Shown: one piece after another, positions 62,056-64,000 of the stretch
Position numbering within the stretch: the first letter of the stretch is position 1
Layout: each line of letters begins with the position of its first letter
Origin: Squalus acanthias
Lineage: Eukaryota
Reading direction: 5' to 3'
DNA length: 64,000 nt
Assembly: GCA_030390025.1 (NCBI GenBank)
Contig: CM059432.1
Coordinates: 133,612,001 to 133,676,000, forward strand
The notes under the pieces: generated by a model
Told to the model about the DNA's origin: nothing
What the model saw: the letters and a program-made list of their open reading frames with translations, nothing else
Database searches by the model: none
Program-made: the position numbers and the translations under genes

Positions 62056-62366
62056 CACACGACAACTTCATCTTCCTCCTCTTCATAGCATCAAAATACA
62101 GATATTCCCATTAGGAATTCTATGTCGAGAGTGCAATGCAGTACTTTGAGCAGAACTGAGTTGAGTCCCAGGAGCAATTTTAGCATCTTGAGTAAAGATT
62201 TGAGCCCACTCTTGTTGAAGCAGATACACAAAGTGACTGCACCTCAATGCAAACTTAGCACACGCATGAGTTTTAATGTGTAGAGGCATTGCACCCCCTT
62301 GGTACAACGCATAGGACTATACTACAGATAGAAAGCTATGTGCTGTGGGGTGCTTTAAGACAACTT

Positions 62367-62911
62367 GGGGCTGATTTTAACTTTTGGGGGTAGGGGGCAG
62401 GGGGGAACCGGCAAAGAGGCCGGACCCATTTTGAGTCCCAGACCTCATTTAAATGAGCGTCCCGATGCAGCTTGCTCGATTCCAGTGGCCCAGAGGCAGC
62501 GCAGCCATGGTAAGTCGGGGGCGGGGGGTGTCGTAATCGCGATTGGGGGCAGCAGGCGGGGAAAGTCCAGAGCGTCAGCGACCCAAATTGTTATTCCGGG
62601 ACCTGGAGGAGGAGCACTCCTGCTCCTTCTGGCCCACAAAATAATTTTAAAACCTACCTTTGGAGGGCCTCTTTGGCTCCATCACCAGTGAAACTGGTCG
62701 GAGATTGCACGGGGCACGCGCCGACCAGTTCTGTCCTAAAATGGCAACTGGCAACTTATGTACTGGGGCCTACCGTCTGAAACGGGCAGGAACTTCAGCC
62801 CCCCCCAGCGGGCCGAGTGTCGTCGTTAAGGGGACCGTAAGTCTACCAACGCCATTTTGAGGCTGTTACCGTCCCATTGACGATGATTTCACCGGGTTAA
62901 GACCAACTCCC
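62367..62911. mobile_element. Harbinger-type MITE
   Basis: Starts GGGGCTGATTTTAAC; right TIR is degenerate; related to 36792-37536. Confidence 0.5.
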
Positions 62912-63601
62912 AAAGACTTCTTAAGGTTTTGAACTTGGCAACTGCAATTAAGAGCTGCCTGCAGTTGCTTCAATGTTGTACATTACAAAAAGGAGGCCTT
63001 TGCTGGGTTTAACATGTACTTTTACTTCTACTGCAATGCTACATATAAAAGTATCATGATTATCAGCTATTGGAAGTCTTTAAGATTTTTCAGTTCCAAA
63101 CTGTATAACATAGACTCCAATCTACATAAACTACTTAAATTCAAGGAGGGGTCTTAAATGGTAATGTCTGAAAGGAAACCCAGAAATAACAAGTTAAATC
63201 TAAGACCTGTATAATTTTTTTCTAACATCACCCTGGTTTGTACATTGTTATGCCAAGAAGGTATGCGCTTTTCTCACACTATCAGTATTTAAAAGGTAGG
63301 ATTTGCTTTTTTTTGACGATGGCACTTTAACTTCTTCGCTCTCGTATTCAGCTAATCTAATTAACATGATTTTTTTTTTAACACTGATCTCTCAATGACA
63401 GAAAAGTCAGTCAAAGAACAGGCACCCTAATCCCCTGGCTTTGAGCTTCCCAACAGATAAAAAGGGAACCTATTAAACATGGTTGTACCTGCCAAAAGGA
63501 TAACTTAAGTAAAAGTAATGAAAGAATTCCTTGAGAGAAGAAGCACGTATTGAGAAGTTCAGGCTATTTTCAAGAATGGCAAGTCTTAAAGCAGTACTCA
63601 C

Positions 63602-63726
63602 ATGACAGAGAATCGGTATTGATCCTGGTCCTCCAGATACGGTGGCACCAGTGGAAATCTGTTTTTTTCAACAGGACTCTGAATCTTATCTTTGGTATTA
63701 AACTCAGGCAGATTATGATGAATGAC
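63602..63726 (-). CDS. OFCC1: Host gene coding exon A (VIHHNLPEFNTKDKIQSPVEKNRFPLVPPYLEDQDQYRFSV + AT), OFCC1/ojoplano-like
   Basis: Minus strand reads cattttctttttatttacag|GTCATT...CTGTCAT|gtgagt. It is 125 nt and open in frame 0. The terminal AT joins the first G of exon B to make ATG. Gene name is from recalled similarity (YLE..QYRFSV preceding the TM region), not from a search. Confidence 0.75.
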
Positions 63727-63816
63727 CTGTAAATAAAAAGAAAATGAGGAATATCAATCTGCCACAAAACTGTTGGTACTAACATTTTGAACAAGGAACA
63801 ACTGTGGGCACGTTAA

Positions 63817-63891
63817 AGGGTAAATTTCCACAGTCTCGGCCGTGATGGGCCAGATACCTTGCCACAGTCGAGTACTCAGAAAATCTACCCC
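63817..63891. mobile_element. Tiny (~75 bp) Harbinger-like TIR remnant
   Basis: GGGTAAATTTCC ... GAAAATCTACCCC. Confidence 0.35.
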
Positions 63892-64000
63892 ATAGTGTTT
63901 TCAATATTCTTTTGCATGATTTTTCTTATACCAAGAAGGGCTTTGTTTGTGATAGCACAAAAAATAAAATTAAACTGCACACTTGTACTTTGCAATTTTG

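Overview
This is eukaryotic genomic DNA. The repeat content (SacSINE1/DeuSINE-type SINEs, CR1 and L2 LINEs, Penelope elements, many PIF/Harbinger MITEs) points to a cartilaginous fish, probably a shark; that is an inference. The window lies inside one minus-strand gene. Four coding exons (63726-63602, 21848-21633, 18255-18003, 4474-4311) splice in frame through GT-AG introns of 41753, 3377 and 13528 bp. They give a 252-aa segment with four hydrophobic helices, which I recognise from memory as OFCC1/ojoplano; this needs BLAST confirmation. The introns are filled with transposable elements, often nested. These include a deleted two-gene Harbinger holding a MITE, a CR1 and a second MITE; three near-identical ~895-bp MITEs with 3-bp TSDs; and a young CR1 with an intact 850-codon ORF. 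Penelope copies carry minimal hammerhead ribozyme motifs with compensatory stem changes, and four of the five motifs lie on the host pre-mRNA strand. I see no prokaryotic-type system such as CRISPR or an operon. The most interesting leads are RNA-level and regulatory hypotheses, flagged below as inference.
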